Source: an uncultured Phycisphaerales bacterium
GTDB taxonomy: Bacteria; Planctomycetota; Phycisphaerae; Tepidisphaerales; Tepidisphaeraceae
Direction: 5' to 3'
NCBI GenBank assembly: GCA_963758525.1
Contig: CAVWVQ010000003.1
Span: forward strand, 4,448,001 to 4,512,000
DNA length: 64,000 nt
The position numbers and the translations under genes are program-made. This document shows positions 1-12,931 of this stretch, piece after piece (within the stretch, counting starts at the first letter, position 1; the number at the start of each line of letters is the position of its first letter). The notes under the pieces were generated by a model, which was not told the origin of the DNA, made no database searches, and saw only the letters and a list, made by a program, of their open reading frames with translations.

Positions 1-67
1 GCGCGTGTTATGAGATCAGCTCCGATAAGACACCCCGTTCTCGCCCGCGTGGTGTATTTCCGCCGCT

Positions 68-1063
68 TTGGACGATAGAACTGAAATGCATGCAACTTCT
101 GGCCCGATGCGATCTGTCCTGCTCGGTTTGCTGGTTGTCGCGTTCATGTCGGCCGCGGCCAAAGCGCAGATGACCGGAGCGGCTCTGCTGCTCAAGCCCT
201 GGCCGACGGAGCAGGCGGTTGACGCGACCGCCGACAGCTACTTCCTCAATGCGGCGCACTCCGACTCCGGGCAGAGTCTTCAACTTTCCGACTACACGTC
301 TTCGGGCCGGCTCCGGCTGCAGCCGGGAAATTTCGTCAGCCCGCGCCTCGGATATGATGTGCGATTTCTCAATTGCAGTCCCGGCTCCAGCATCGTGCCG
401 AAAGATCTGACCGATCTGTCGATCGCGGTTGGGACGGCGGTGGGGGAGTATCACGGTTGGGTTGCCGGCGCGACCGTCGGCGTCGGGTACGCCGGCGACT
501 CGTCGTTTGCCCGCGGTTCGGCCTGGTACGGAAAGGCAACGCTGGACCTTGGGCACCAGATCAATCCAAATGATCTGCTGGCGATTCTCATCGACTACGA
601 TGGCAACCGCCCATACTTCCCCGACATCCCGCTGCCGGGCGTCGCGTATCGTCATCGGATCGACGACACGCTGCTGCTTCTGCTCGGCTTCCCTTACAGC
701 TCGATCGAGTGGACGCCCACCGACAAACTCAAAATCGCGGCCAGCTACCGGCTCGCGTCGCAGTTCACCGCGCGGCTGGAATACAGAATCCTGAGCAGCC
801 TCTTAGTGTACGGAAGTTACTATTACGAGCAGGAAGCGTTTCACGTTGCCGACCTCGGCTCCCACCAGCGGCTTCTCTTCTCCGACGAGCGCGCCGAAGC
901 CGGCCTCGAATACTCCATCAACGACCAGTTGATGCTCCGCCTTGCCGGCGGCTACGCGTTTGACAACCGTTTTACGCGGGGATTCGATTTTTCCGACTTG
1001 CACACCGTGCTGGGCTTTTCGGATGCCCCGTATCTTCATGTTGCCTTGGAGATGCGATTTTAG
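68..1063 (+). CDS. Secreted outer-membrane beta-barrel-like hypothetical protein
   Basis: Signal peptide (LLGLLVVAFMSAAAKA), alternating aromatic/Gly beta strands, C-terminal Phe (LEMRF); true start probably a downstream ATG. Confidence 0.6.
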   Translation: MDDRTEMHATSGPMRSVLLGLLVVAFMSAAAKAQMTGAALLLKPWPTEQAVDATADSYFLNAAHSDSGQSLQLSDYTSSGRLRLQPGNFVSPRLGYDVRFLNCSPGSSIVPKDLTDLSIAVGTAVGEYHGWVAGATVGVGYAGDSSFARGSAWYGKATLDLGHQINPNDLLAILIDYDGNRPYFPDIPLPGVAYRHRIDDTLLLLLGFPYSSIEWTPTDKLKIAASYRLASQFTARLEYRILSSLLVYGSYYYEQEAFHVADLGSHQRLLFSDERAEAGLEYSINDQLMLRLAGGYAFDNRFTRGFDFSDLHTVLGFSDAPYLHVALEMRF

Positions 1064-1196
1064 AGGTGGTTTCAGAACCGCACATCTGCCGACCACGCCG
1101 AGTCTGAGGTACTCCGAAGGCTCGGATCGAGCGCCGGAAAATGCGAGCCTCCGGAGCGCCTCACACTCGGCGTGGTGTTGCGAAACCGCCTCCTCC

Positions 1197-2808
1197 TCAC
1201 TTCGCGGGCTCGGTCGCTGGAAACGTCGCCGGTTGGTACAGCAACTTTCGAGACACCGTCGGCTGCGACGCCGGCGGCGCCGCGACAGAACGGGAAGTTT
1301 CCACGGCCAGCGGATTGATCTCCCATCCGCCGCCCAGCGCCTTGTACAGACTCGCCAGATCGGTCGCGACATTGGCTTCGCTTTGGGCCAGTTGATCTTC
1401 CACGCTCAGCAGCGATCGCTCGGCATTGAGCACGTTGAGAAAATCGGTTTGCCCTTGCCGGTAGAGCCGCGTCGAAAGGTCAAAAGCCTGACGGTTGGAA
1501 ATGACGGCCTTGGCCAGCGCGCTGCGACGCTCCTGCTCCATGGCATACGCGATCAGCGCGTTCTCCACGTCCCGCAGCGCGGTCAGGATCGCCTGGCGAT
1601 AAGTCAGAACCGCCTGCTGCTGCAGCGCATTCTGCACCTCGATATTGGCCTCAATGCGCCCCGCCGCGAAGATCGGCCAGGTGATCGACGGACCAAACGA
1701 CCAGATACTGCTCGCCCAATTTCCCAGCGGCTGAATGCGACTTGCTTCCACGTCCACATTGCCGGTCAGCGAGAACTTGGGAAACAAATCCGCCGTCGCA
1801 ACGCCGACCTCCGCCGTGGCGGCATGAAGCTGCGCCTCGGCAATGCGAATGTCAGGACGCCGCCGCAGCAGTTCCGACGGCAGCCCGATCGGAATCGTCG
1901 GCGGGGTGATCGGAATCGGTTCGTTTTCGCTCGACAATTCCTTCAGCAGCGTCGCCGGCTCGCGCCCAACAAAACACTCAGCGCATAGATCGTCTGTTGC
2001 TCGGCAGACCGAATCGGCGGGATTTCGGACTCGGTCGTCTCCGCCTGCGCCTCGGCGTTCGCCACGTCGAGCCTCGCGGCGAATCCTGCGCCGAATCGCT
2101 CCCGCGTCAGATCGGCCGTGCGTCTTTCCGATTGAAGGTTGCGGCTGGCGATGGCGATGCGCCGTTGATCGCCGCGCAGATTGATGTAATCGATCGCCAC
2201 TTCCGACACGAGCGTGACCAGCACATCGCGCCGGTTCCACACCGCCGCCTGGATGCCGGCGTCAGCGGCTTCGACGCCTCGGCGAACCCCGCCGAAGATG
2301 TCGATCTCCCAGGTCGCATCGAGTCCCGGGTTGTACACGTCCGTCGATCGGGAGCCGCGCACGCCGGTGCCGCTGTGCTGGTAGGAGCCGTTGGCATCGA
2401 TCTCCGGAAACAGCGCCGCACTGGCAACGCCTCGCGCGGCCCGCGCCTGGCGCAGCCTGGCGGTTGCCTGCCGCAGGTCGAGATTCTGCTCCGCCGCGCG
2501 GCGCACGAGCGAATCGAGAGTCGGATCATTGAACGCCCGCCACCATTGCACAAACTCCATCGGCTCCGGCGTCGTCTCGCTGGTTTGCGTCGTCGCCGCG
2601 ACGGTCGGATTGATATAGCGACCAGGCATCCACGGCGTCGGCCGGTGATAGTCCGGACCGACGGCGCATCCGCCGCAGATGATCGCCGCGGCGAGGATTT
2701 CCGCCCTGCAGTGAGATGCCAACACCCGGGCGCAGATCCTCCCCAACTCGCACCATGACCGCAGAAGTCTTTTCACGCTCGCAACCCTCTTCCCAAACGC
2801 GTCGAGCC

Positions 2809-2812
<4 letters not shown>
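1197..2812 (-). CDS. Efflux outer-membrane factor (NodT/TolC family lipoprotein); one frameshift near 1960
   Basis: GCAVGPDY lipobox, WEIDIFGG, LPSELLRRRPDI and LYKALGGGW motifs, split over ORFs 1943..2812 and 1197..2240. Confidence 0.9.
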
Positions 2813-4170
<1,358 letters not shown>

Positions 4171-4181
4171 GACACTTGTTC

Positions 4182-4886
4182 CTAAGCGATCTGCGCGTGC
4201 TCGAACACTCCGTCGGCGATCAGCCCGTCGCGGATGTGAATCGTCCGCTTCGCGTGCGCGGCGACTTCCGCGTCGTGCGTCACGAGAATGATCGTAATTC
4301 CTTCATCCGAATTGAGCTTCTGAAACATCCGCAGAACCTCTTCGCTGGTGCGCGAGTCGAGGTTTCCCGTCGGCTCGTCCGCGAACAGCAGCGGGGGGCG
4401 ATTGACCAGCGCCCGCGCGATCGCCACGCGCTGCTGCTGCCCGCCGGAAAGCTGCGAGGGATGATGATCCAGCCGATCCGCAAGCCCGACGCGCCCCAGC
4501 ATCTCCGTTGCCCGCGCTTTCGCTTCGCGATCGGAAATGTCGCCCGCCGTGTATGTCAGCGGCATCATGACCTGGCGCAACGCCGTCGTGCGCGGAAGCA
4601 GGTTGAAGCTCTGAAAGACGAACCCGATCTTCCGGTTCCTCACCATCGCCCGGCCATCCGCCGAAAGTCCTGAAACCAGTTCTCCATCGAGCCAGTATTC
4701 GCCGGACGTCGGGTGATCCAGGCAGCCGAGGATGTTCATCAGCGTGCTTTTGCCCGATCCCGAAACGCCCATCAACGCGACGAGCTCGCCGCGCAGCACG
4801 TCAAGAGAGACTCCCTTGAGCACCGGCACGTCGATTTCGCCGACGCGATAGGTTTTGAAAATGTCGCGGAGTTGAATCAGTTCCAT
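4182..4886 (-). CDS. MacB/LolD-type ABC ATP-binding protein
   Basis: Walker [33 protein letters not shown]; start at MELIQL. Confidence 0.93.
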   Translation of the reverse strand: MELIQLRDIFKTYRVGEIDVPVLKGVSLDVLRGELVALMGVSGSGKSTLMNILGCLDHPTSGEYWLDGELVSGLSADGRAMVRNRKIGFVFQSFNLLPRTTALRQVMMPLTYTAGDISDREAKARATEMLGRVGLADRLDHHPSQLSGGQQQRVAIARALVNRPPLLFADEPTGNLDSRTSEEVLRMFQKLNSDEGITIILVTHDAEVAAHAKRTIHIRDGLIADGVFEHAQIA

Positions 4887-4899
4887 GGTTCTCGAAGGC

Positions 4900-6243
4900 T
4901 CAATGGCGTCGGAAGATCTGCGGAGCGAAGGGATTGGTCGTCGTGTCAGCTGACTGAGGATCTTCAACGCCTTCAGCGACCTGATCGCCGACATGAAGCG
5001 AATCTCCGATCAGCTCGGTGAGAATGCTGTCACTCTCACCGACGCGCACCTTGACCGGCCGCACGTATTTCCCATCCACCACCCAGACGGTCCCCTGGGC
5101 AGATGTTTGCTCGTCGTGATGATGATGCCCGGAGGGACGGGTCGCGGCATTGTGCGGGCTGACATCCTTGTCAACGCTTTTCTGGGCGTCTGCCACCGCC
5201 GCGTCGCGCTCCGATGGGAGGATCATCGAAACTTCCGGATACCATCGCAGCGCGCTGTTCGGAACCAGCAGCACGTTTTTCTGGTTGCTGATCTCGAACT
5301 TCACGTTCGCCGAGAGATATGGGAGCAGCCGTCCGTCGGAATTGTCGGTGTTGACCTCCACCGTGTACGTCACCACGTTCTGCGTCATGCTCGCGTTCAG
5401 GCGGATTTTCCCGACGGTTCCGTGGAAGGTGTCGTTGGGATATGCGTCGACCGTGAACGCGACCGGCTGGTTCGGATGGATGTTGCCGATGTCCGCTTCG
5501 TTCACCGAAACCCAAACCTGAATCTGCCGCAGGTCTTTGGCGATCAGAAAAAGGCTCGGCGTGTTCAAACTGGAAACCACGGTTTCGCCGATGTTCACCC
5601 GCCGGTCGATGATCACGCCTTTGACCGGCGAGCTGATCGTGCAGTAGCCCAGGTTCTGCGTCGATCGCTTCAACGCCGCCTCGGCCTGCGTGACCGCGGC
5701 CTTCGATTGCTCGATGATCGCTTCATCGACGCCGACGTTGGCCTTGGCCGTGTCGAACGCCGCCTTGTAGGAGTTGTAATCGCTCTGCGAAAGGGCATCC
5801 CCCTCGCCCAGTTTTTGGGCGCGTTCCCAGTCGCTCTGCGCCTGCTCCAGCTTCGCCTGCATCTGCGCCAGATCGGCAATCGACTTGGTCACGCCCGCTT
5901 TCGCCTGCGCCAGCGCCGCGTTCGCATTGGCGGCATCTGCCTGATACAGCGTGTCGTCGATCCGCGCCAATACCGTGCCCGCTTCGACCGTCGATCCGTA
6001 GTCGATCATCTTCCCCTTGTCGTCGGTTCCGAAGGAGATGATCTGCCCTTCAACCTGCGCGCCAACGTCGACCACTTCCTGTGGCTCCACCGTCCCCGTC
6101 GCACTGATGTTGGGAACCAGGTCCCCGCGCGTCACCGCCTCAGTCCGAAAAACCGTCGTCGGCTTCGACTTCGCCCGCCAATAGCTCCAGCCTCCCGTTA
6201 CCAGGAGCAGGGCAATCACCAGCATCACAACCCATTTCATCAC
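4900..6243 (-). CDS. Efflux periplasmic adaptor (MacA/HlyD family)
   Basis: N-terminal TM, ATGTVEP..VDVGAQVEG, coiled-coil hairpin, ISSPVKGVII, VNEADIG. Confidence 0.92.
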   Translation of the reverse strand: MMKWVVMLVIALLLVTGGWSYWRAKSKPTTVFRTEAVTRGDLVPNISATGTVEPQEVVDVGAQVEGQIISFGTDDKGKMIDYGSTVEAGTVLARIDDTLYQADAANANAALAQAKAGVTKSIADLAQMQAKLEQAQSDWERAQKLGEGDALSQSDYNSYKAAFDTAKANVGVDEAIIEQSKAAVTQAEAALKRSTQNLGYCTISSPVKGVIIDRRVNIGETVVSSLNTPSLFLIAKDLRQIQVWVSVNEADIGNIHPNQPVAFTVDAYPNDTFHGTVGKIRLNASMTQNVVTYTVEVNTDNSDGRLLPYLSANVKFEISNQKNVLLVPNSALRWYPEVSMILPSERDAAVADAQKSVDKDVSPHNAATRPSGHHHHDEQTSAQGTVWVVDGKYVRPVKVRVGESDSILTELIGDSLHVGDQVAEGVEDPQSADTTTNPFAPQIFRRH

Positions 6244-6548
6244 GCAATCCGCCTGGTTCTGTTGAGGGAGGTAAAGGGAATCCGCCTCCGCCGAAACCGG
6301 CGGATGCCTGAAAACATTAGCGCTCGCTCGACCCTCTTTCCAACGCCGCGCAACCGGCCCGGCTCCCTATCAATCAAACTCTCGAAATGGCAATTCGTTG
6401 CAGGCTCTGCCCTTACACCGCGAATTTCAGCGGAGAATCGCGCACAACGGCCAAGCGCCGCCTGCCACCAGAAACCCGCGGATTGCGTTATCCGTGAAAT
6501 TTCCCCGCTTAGCGCAACCCCCGCCACACCCTGAAAACCGCTATCGAG

Positions 6549-6574
6549 TTTACATCTTTTTACATTTTGTTACG
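6549..6574. promoter_or_regulatory. Three 10-bp-phased direct repeats TTTACA/TTTACA/GTTACG, candidate OmpR/PhoB-family operator for the efflux operon
   Basis: AT-rich island tttacatctttttacattttgttacg about 300 bp upstream of the adaptor gene. Confidence 0.35.
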
Positions 6575-6740
6575 TGCAGGAAGGAGAGGTCAAGCAGCAG
6601 TCAAGCTTGACAGCCGTGGCACCCGCCGCCCCCCCGGCTCTCTGCTCCCCGACTGCCGGCCTGTTCTTCGACGGGAGAGGTGCCGCCATGCGACTTCGCG
6701 CGACAGCTTTTGCATCGCCGCATGTCGCATCCGATGAGGT

Positions 6741-8654
6741 TCAGTGCCCTCGCGCCTTCGTCCCTTCCGACTGAAGCTTCTCCCAGATCGGACCGGCGAG
6801 ATCGTCGCCGTTGACGAGCAGGCAGCCGGCGATCGTTTTTTGATTGTTAATCGTCGCCTGGATCAGCTTCCGGTCGCCCACGGATCGCTTCACTCCGAGC
6901 GAAAGCGAATCAACGCGTGCGGCAACTTCCCAAACGTCATTCGCGATGGTGCTCGTCAATTGTGCGTGAGATAGTCGCGCGGCAATCGCCTCCACATCCT
7001 CGCCCTCCGCGGCTGTCACCAGAAACGCAACCCGCAGGGGACCCGCTTTCGATGTGGGTTGTTGTATCGCTGGCTTGAGAGCCAGCCGGACGGCGTGATG
7101 GGCCAGCCCGTCGGCGTCAGAGATGAGCGAGTAGCTGAACGCATCGGGATTGTCGCCTCCGGCGAGTTGAAGCCGAACTGCAAATGTAGCGCCGTGGAGC
7201 GTTGCCGATACGACAGCGGTTTTCGCCAGCGTGATCGACGTTGGCTCCGAGAGCCGCGCGGTGTTCCGGGCAGCGGCGATGGTCCCCTCCGCCGGGAGAA
7301 TCAGGTTGATGCTCAACCCGACGGCATCGGCCGGCAGCGCTGACGGCGCAATCTCCAACGTCAATAGTGCGGTCCCTTCTTTCTGCACGCTCACCAGATT
7401 TCCCGGCAGATGGACGGGTTTGGAATGGCCGCTGCGGTCCTTTGCGCGGCGCAGTCCATAGGGCGATTCATACGCATCGATGACCAGGCTGATTTGCGTC
7501 TGATCCGCGGGCCCGGCGAAGGTCGTCGCGAAGAGCTTGTCCTGTGGTCCATAGGTGCCGCTCGTGCAGCCGAGGGAAATGTGCTGATCCTGCCAGTTCC
7601 AGCGCGTGCCGGTTGCGGATTCATCCCACGTTGAGATCACTTCCCGTCTTCCGCTTTGTGCAAGGTGGGTGCTTTGCGGCGGCGGCGTATATCCGCCGGA
7701 ACGCGCGTTATCGAGCAGGAAGACGCCGTCGATTCCAGCCGGCACTTTCGGGTCAGCGGGAATCCAGCCGGCATCGATGAGCCATGTGTTCAGCAGCCCA
7801 TCGCCATCGAGAAAGGCGTAGTCCCGGCTGTAAGGGCCGCCAATCTTGTTGCCGGCGGGAAAGAAATTGGCGGCAATGTCGGTCCAGAAATACTCGAGAA
7901 TCACCTCCAGCTTCCGACGGTCATTCGCATCACTGGCATATCGCCGCCCCTCGACCAGCGAATTCAGATCGACGGCGTAATACGTCGGACTGTCAAACTC
8001 ACGGATGCCTGTCCTGCGCGTGTAGTCGATCCATTGGTCGAGCATATGACGGCCATCGGAAATGGCCGTCTCGTCGTTCATTGCTTGCCCGAGCAGAAGC
8101 AGGTTGACGGTTTTCATGAGGAAGATGTTGGTATACGAAACGGGGACCTTGTGCGCCCGCATCGCCGCCAGCGCGGCCACGAGATGCGGCTGCAACTTGT
8201 TGACGAACTCCGATGACTGCTCCTTCCCGTGGCTTAGCAGCAGGGGGGCGAGTCCCTCCACCACGAATTCGACGGCGTTGCGATCGGTCACGGAGTCGTC
8301 GATCGTCATCCATTTGAACTGCCCGTAGGTTTTGCTCGAAACCTCCATATCCTGGGCTTGCAGCGATGCGTTGAGGAGGCGTTCAGCCGTCTGGGGCTCT
8401 TTGCCCATCATCAGCGCCGCGAAGGCGGCGTTGACCAGATCGCGCGTGCCCGAGCCGGCAGATTTCGCCTCAGCCTTTTCGATGCGATCCAGCCGGCTTT
8501 CCAGCAGGGTTCTCATCCAGTCGCCCCGCGGTTGCACCTGCGACTGGCCGAGCGATGCGAATGCGAGAACAGCGGCCGCGAAGGCAATTGGAGAATACTT
8601 CGAGCCGCTCGTGGCCCGAACGGGGTTGCGATATTTAAAGTGGCGCCAAGCCAT
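6741..8654 (-). CDS. Secreted hypothetical protein (helical N-domain with EFDSPTY motif plus beta-rich C-domain; possible carbohydrate-active enzyme)
   Basis: 637-aa ORF, signal-like segment; IREFDSPTYYAVDL and GGPYSRDY are reminiscent of heparinase/lyase-like toroid proteins. Confidence 0.5.
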   Translation of the reverse strand: MAWRHFKYRNPVRATSGSKYSPIAFAAAVLAFASLGQSQVQPRGDWMRTLLESRLDRIEKAEAKSAGSGTRDLVNAAFAALMMGKEPQTAERLLNASLQAQDMEVSSKTYGQFKWMTIDDSVTDRNAVEFVVEGLAPLLLSHGKEQSSEFVNKLQPHLVAALAAMRAHKVPVSYTNIFLMKTVNLLLLGQAMNDETAISDGRHMLDQWIDYTRRTGIREFDSPTYYAVDLNSLVEGRRYASDANDRRKLEVILEYFWTDIAANFFPAGNKIGGPYSRDYAFLDGDGLLNTWLIDAGWIPADPKVPAGIDGVFLLDNARSGGYTPPPQSTHLAQSGRREVISTWDESATGTRWNWQDQHISLGCTSGTYGPQDKLFATTFAGPADQTQISLVIDAYESPYGLRRAKDRSGHSKPVHLPGNLVSVQKEGTALLTLEIAPSALPADAVGLSINLILPAEGTIAAARNTARLSEPTSITLAKTAVVSATLHGATFAVRLQLAGGDNPDAFSYSLISDADGLAHHAVRLALKPAIQQPTSKAGPLRVAFLVTAAEGEDVEAIAARLSHAQLTSTIANDVWEVAARVDSLSLGVKRSVGDRKLIQATINNQKTIAGCLLVNGDDLAGPIWEKLQSEGTKARGH

Positions 8655-8734
8655 CGAATCTCCGTTCAGTTGGCGAATCGTCTCTCCGCGCCGGCAGTGG
8701 TCGTTGCCCCGAATGCGGGCCTCGGGCGAACGGC

Positions 8735-9607
8735 TTAATTCTTCCTTAATGCATACACCTTCACACTCGCCGCGTATTCGTTCACGTCATGAGCGGCAAG
8801 AACCTGGCGGAGTCCCGCGTGAAGGCTTCCGCCTGCTGCGGCCATGCCCGGCGAGCAGCATGCGGTCTGTCCATCGACTTTCGCGTAAGCGTTCAGGTCC
8901 GCGTGGCTGTCGATGATTTCGACCGCACAAAATCCGGCGGCTCTCAAACCGGAGCGAAAGTCTTCCGTCGAAATAGCTCCCGCGATGCAGCCGACGAGTG
9001 CGGCAACGTCTGACGCGAGCTCCGGCGGAAGTGGTTTTTTAAGAGCGATGTCGCTCACCGCAAGGCGGCCCCCTGGCTTTAGCACGCGAGCGGCTTCGCG
9101 AAAGACCGCGTTCTTGTCCGGGGCGAGATTGATGACGCAATTACTGATGATGCAATCGACGGAAGCATCTGCGAGCGGCAAACGGTCAATCGTGCCTAAA
9201 TGAAACTCGACATTCTCGATTCCGGCCGCGTTCCTTTTCGCTCGCTCGATCATGGCCTCCGTCATATCGATGCCGATAGCTCGGCCGGTCGGGCCAACAA
9301 GTTTCGCGGCAAGAAGCACGTCGAGCCCGCCGCCACATCCAAGGTCAACGACCGTTTCCCCTGGCCTAAGGTGTGCGGTTGCGGTCGGGTTCCCGCATGA
9401 AAGCCCCATGTTGGCTTCGGCCGGAATGGACGCGAGTTCTGCTGCTGAATATCCGAACGCTTCTGCCACAGCATGCACGCCCGCATCATTACTCGAGAGT
9501 GAGCTCTCGGCGACAGCCGCGTACTGGTCGCGAATCACTTCCGTTGATGATTTTTCGTCTTTGCAGCAAGAGGGGCCACAGCACGGAGCGACGTTTAGTT
9601 TTGTCAT
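8735..9607 (-). CDS. arsM: Arsenite S-adenosylmethionine methyltransferase
   Basis: [35 protein letters not shown]; located in ars operon. Confidence 0.93.
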   Translation of the reverse strand: MTKLNVAPCCGPSCCKDEKSSTEVIRDQYAAVAESSLSSNDAGVHAVAEAFGYSAAELASIPAEANMGLSCGNPTATAHLRPGETVVDLGCGGGLDVLLAAKLVGPTGRAIGIDMTEAMIERAKRNAAGIENVEFHLGTIDRLPLADASVDCIISNCVINLAPDKNAVFREAARVLKPGGRLAVSDIALKKPLPPELASDVAALVGCIAGAISTEDFRSGLRAAGFCAVEIIDSHADLNAYAKVDGQTACCSPGMAAAGGSLHAGLRQVLAAHDVNEYAASVKVYALRKN

Positions 9608-9626
9608 TGGTTCTCCACCATAAAAC

Positions 9627-10730
9627 TCAGTTGAGGACTGTGGGACACCCGACTTCGATGCCGGGAGCAGGCGTGTCGTCCACGGCAACTCCAAAATATT
9701 TCCGTTGCAATCGAAGAGCGACGCTCACAAGTCCGATGAGGACCGGCACTTCAACGAGCGGTCCAATCACGGCCGCGAAAGCGGCGCCGTGATTGATTCC
9801 AAATACGGCGACCGCGACGGCAATCGCCAGCTCGAAGTTGTTTCCGGTGGCGGTGAGTGAAATCGTTACGGTCTTCGAATAATCGGCCCCGGCTTTGACA
9901 CCCATCCAAAAGCTCACAAAGAACATGAGCACGAAGTAAATGAGGAGCGGAATTGCGATGAGGAGAACGCCGACAGGATTTCCGATTATCTCTCCTCCCT
10001 GAACTGCGAACATCACGACGATTGTGAATAGGAGTGCGATAAGTGTGAGGGGGCTGATTCGGGGGATGAAAGCTTTCTCGTACCATTCCCGGCCGCGAAG
10101 CTTTACGAGCATGGCTCGCGTGAGAAGCCCCGCAATGAAGGGAATTCCTAAATAGATGAAGACGCTCTTCGCGATCGCTCCGATCCCAATGTTGACCGTG
10201 ACTCCTGGCAACCCGATGAGGGGTGGCAAGACACTGAGAAAAAACCATGCGTATACGCTGTAGAAAAGAACCTGAAAAACGCTGTTGAGTGCGACCAGAC
10301 CGGCAGCGTAGTCCGTGCTTCCCTTTGCGAGGTCATTCCACACAATCACCATTGCGATGCAGCGGGCGAGACCGATGAGAATTAGCCCCGTCATATATTG
10401 GGGATGGTGTCTCAGAAAAAGCACCGCGAGAGCGAACATCAGGACGGGACCGATGAGCCAATTTTGCAAAAGGGAGAGAGCGAGTATCCGCTTGTCGCGG
10501 AACACTTCGCCAAGCTCCTCGTAGCGAACTTTCGCGAGGGGCGGGAACATCATGACGATGAGGCCCACCGCAATCGGCAGACTCGTCGTGCCGACTTGAA
10601 AGCGGTGCACAAGCTCCCGCACACCGGGGACGGCGTAACCGAGCCCAATCCCTGCCGCCATGGCGGCAAAAATCCAGACCGTCAGATAACGGTCGAGGAA
10701 CGAAAGCTTCTTGGTGAGTCTCTCGCTCAT
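9627..10730 (-). CDS. acr3: ACR3-family arsenite efflux transporter
   Basis: [41 protein letters not shown]. Confidence 0.95.
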   Translation of the reverse strand: MSERLTKKLSFLDRYLTVWIFAAMAAGIGLGYAVPGVRELVHRFQVGTTSLPIAVGLIVMMFPPLAKVRYEELGEVFRDKRILALSLLQNWLIGPVLMFALAVLFLRHHPQYMTGLILIGLARCIAMVIVWNDLAKGSTDYAAGLVALNSVFQVLFYSVYAWFFLSVLPPLIGLPGVTVNIGIGAIAKSVFIYLGIPFIAGLLTRAMLVKLRGREWYEKAFIPRISPLTLIALLFTIVVMFAVQGGEIIGNPVGVLLIAIPLLIYFVLMFFVSFWMGVKAGADYSKTVTISLTATGNNFELAIAVAVAVFGINHGAAFAAVIGPLVEVPVLIGLVSVALRLQRKYFGVAVDDTPAPGIEVGCPTVLN

Positions 10731-10837
10731 GCGCGCGCTCCTGCGTCGTTGTGCATTGAAATTCCGGGCCGGTTCACTTCGGGCTCCCATGTTCTCATCG
10801 CGTTTCCGATGAGGTCTCGCACTCGTCTGAATTCCCT
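10727..10837 (-). pseudogene. arsC: 3' remnant of the IS-disrupted second arsenate reductase ([11 protein letters not shown]...GARA*)
   Basis: In frame with 12071..12439 once the IS and one TA are removed; stop overlaps acr3 ATG (GCATGA). Confidence 0.88.
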
Positions 10838-10839
10838 TA

Positions 10840-12070
10840 GTGGCCCTGCTACGAAGTCCTGCAAGAAATTAGCAGTGCTAAGATAGTAAATGGATTCTTT
10901 TTGTTATTCACGGAGGATTTTCCATGCGCGGTCGAAGGCCTTGCCCGTTGATTCTTTCCGCAGACGATGTTCGGGCACTCGAGTGCGTTTCCCGAAGTCG
11001 GAGCCGGCCTTTCTTCCAAGTGCAGCATGCCCGCGCGGTCCTGGCAGTCGCAGGCGGCCAATGCATTGCGACCATCGCATCCGACCTCCATTGCGACCCT
11101 TCAACCATCTGGCGACTCTGCCGCCGCTATGAGCGCAGCGGCATCGATCAACTGTTGGCGGACCAGCCTCGCTCGGGCAGGCCCCAGCAGCTTTCCCCCC
11201 CTCCAAAGGGCGCGGATCGTCGAGTTGGCCTGCCTGGAGCCGATCGCCGAGGGGTTGCACATGACTCATTGGACCAGTGCCGACCTGGCTCATCAGGCCG
11301 TCGTCGACGGAATCGTCGACACCATCAGCCCCAGCATGGTCCGGCGAATCCTGCAGGACGTGAACTTGCAGCCGCATCGCACCCGGTATTGGCGGACCGC
11401 GCGACTCGATCCACTGTTTAAGCAGCGTGCGGAAAAAGTGCTCTGGTGCTATGCCCAGGCGGCCCATCTGGCCCACTTGGGCGTCTGGACCGTCGCGGTT
11501 GACGAAGTCCCCAACCACCAGGTCCTGGAACGAAAGCCGATCCGGCCAGCCATTCCCGGCTCGATCGAGCAACAAGAGTTTGAGTACACCCGGCATGGGA
11601 CCGTCAATTTGCTGCTGTTCCTGATCCTCCATAGCGGGCGGATGGAGTCCGCCGTGGTGGCAAAGAAGGATGCCGAACATTACATCGAACAACTGCGAAG
11701 GTTTCGCAGCCGCCATCGCGGTCTCCACGGAGTGTTCTTGATCCAGGACGGAGATCCCAGTCATACTTCGGGCGAAACCGCCGCGTATTGGGCCGAGTGT
11801 CATCACTGGTGGCGGCCCCGCTTTACCCCCGCTCACGCCTCGTGGCTCAACCAAGCGGAGTTGCTGGTCGACAACTTCGGCTTGCACTACCTTCGCCGCG
11901 GTTCCTGGGAAGATCGGCAGCATTTCATCGACCATGTGACTGCCGCGTCCGACGAGTACAATCGGCGATACGCTCATCCGTTCCAGTGGACCTGGACCAA
12001 CGAGCGGATGAGACGATGGTACGCCGAACACGTGGCCTCAATTTCTTGCACGACTTCGTAGCGGGGCCAT
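10840..12070 (+). mobile_element. IS630-family insertion sequence
   Basis: About 31-bp imperfect TIRs (GTGGCCCTGCTACGAAGTCCTGCAAGAAATT / ATGGCCCCGCTACGAAGTCGTGCAAGAAATT), TA duplication at 10838-39 and 12071-72. Confidence 0.95.
10924..12061 (+). CDS. IS630 transposase (HTH ORF plus DDE ORF, frame change at TTTCCCCCCC near 11192-11201)
   Basis: RSGRP, HWT..DLA, AVDE, EYTRHGT, FTPAHASWLNQAE, HPFQWTW. Confidence 0.92.
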
Positions 12071-12439
12071 TAGCTTCTCCTCTTCGGTCCCTTCAAACGA
12101 TGCCGGGTCATCGAAGGGCATGAATGTTCGCGAGAACGTGCCCGGCCAAATGCGGGGACAAGTCCCGTTCGCCTTGTCGCACACGATGAGGATGTGTCTC
12201 ACGAGTGCTTTTCCGAGATATGTGCTGACTGATTTCGGCCGCTGCTGACTAATGTCAATTCCGACTTCCGCCATCACCTTGACGGCAAGCGGATGAATCT
12301 CGGGGCGTGGCTCCATTCCCGCACTATGCGGGTCAAATTTATCGGGCTGATAGTGCCGCAAAAAACCTTCCGCCATCTGACTTCGGCGGGAGTTCCCGGT
12401 GCAAAGTATGAGAACTATGGGTTTTCGGTTAGCTGGCAC
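12071..12439 (-). pseudogene. arsC: Arsenate reductase (LMW-PTP/thioredoxin type), 5' part, interrupted by IS630
   Basis: CTGNSRRSQMAEG, IVCDKANGTCP, FDDPA; cut at [10 protein letters not shown]. Confidence 0.88.
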
Positions 12440-12884
12440 GTGTCACTCCCTTCGGCAGCGAAAGACGCTCATCGATGTGCTCGACAAATTCCCGGATTTC
12501 ATCCCGAACTCGGCGATAGTGCCCGAGTGCTTCCTCTTCGGTCTTTGCGTATCTCGCGAGCCTCGGCGGGTCGTCGAAGCCGACGTGAACGACTTTTGTC
12601 TTGCCGGGAAAGAGCGGGCAGCTTTCCTGAGCGTTGTCGCAAACCGTGACGACATAGCAGAACGAAATATCCTTTAGCTCATCGACGTGTTTTGATTTCT
12701 GGCCGCTGATATCCACGCCAGCCTCTTTCATTACCCTCACCGCGTTCTGATTGAGCCCGTGCGGCTCAACGCCGGCGGAGTAGGCGTCGAATTGGTCGGC
12801 CTTCAGGTGTTTCGCCCACCCCTCGGCCATCTGACTCCGGCATGAGTTTCCGGTGCAAAGAAAGAGAATGTTTTGAAGACTCAT
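12429..12884 (-). CDS. arsC: Arsenate reductase ArsC (thioredoxin-coupled)
   Basis: LFLCTGNSCRSQMAEG, VTVCDNAQESCP, FDDPP, YRRVRDEI. Confidence 0.93.
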   Translation of the reverse strand: MSLQNILFLCTGNSCRSQMAEGWAKHLKADQFDAYSAGVEPHGLNQNAVRVMKEAGVDISGQKSKHVDELKDISFCYVVTVCDNAQESCPLFPGKTKVVHVGFDDPPRLARYAKTEEEALGHYRRVRDEIREFVEHIDERLSLPKGVTRAS

Positions 12885-12931
12885 CTTTTTTAACTCCATC
12901 CGCTTAAGCGAATACATAAGTGCAAAAAAAA

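Noticed and set aside
4993..6534. Long antisense ORFs (also 18978..20036, 23577..25172, 31644..33452, 54414..56297, 10904..12031)
   Set aside because: Shadow ORFs opposite well-supported genes in high-GC DNA; no motifs
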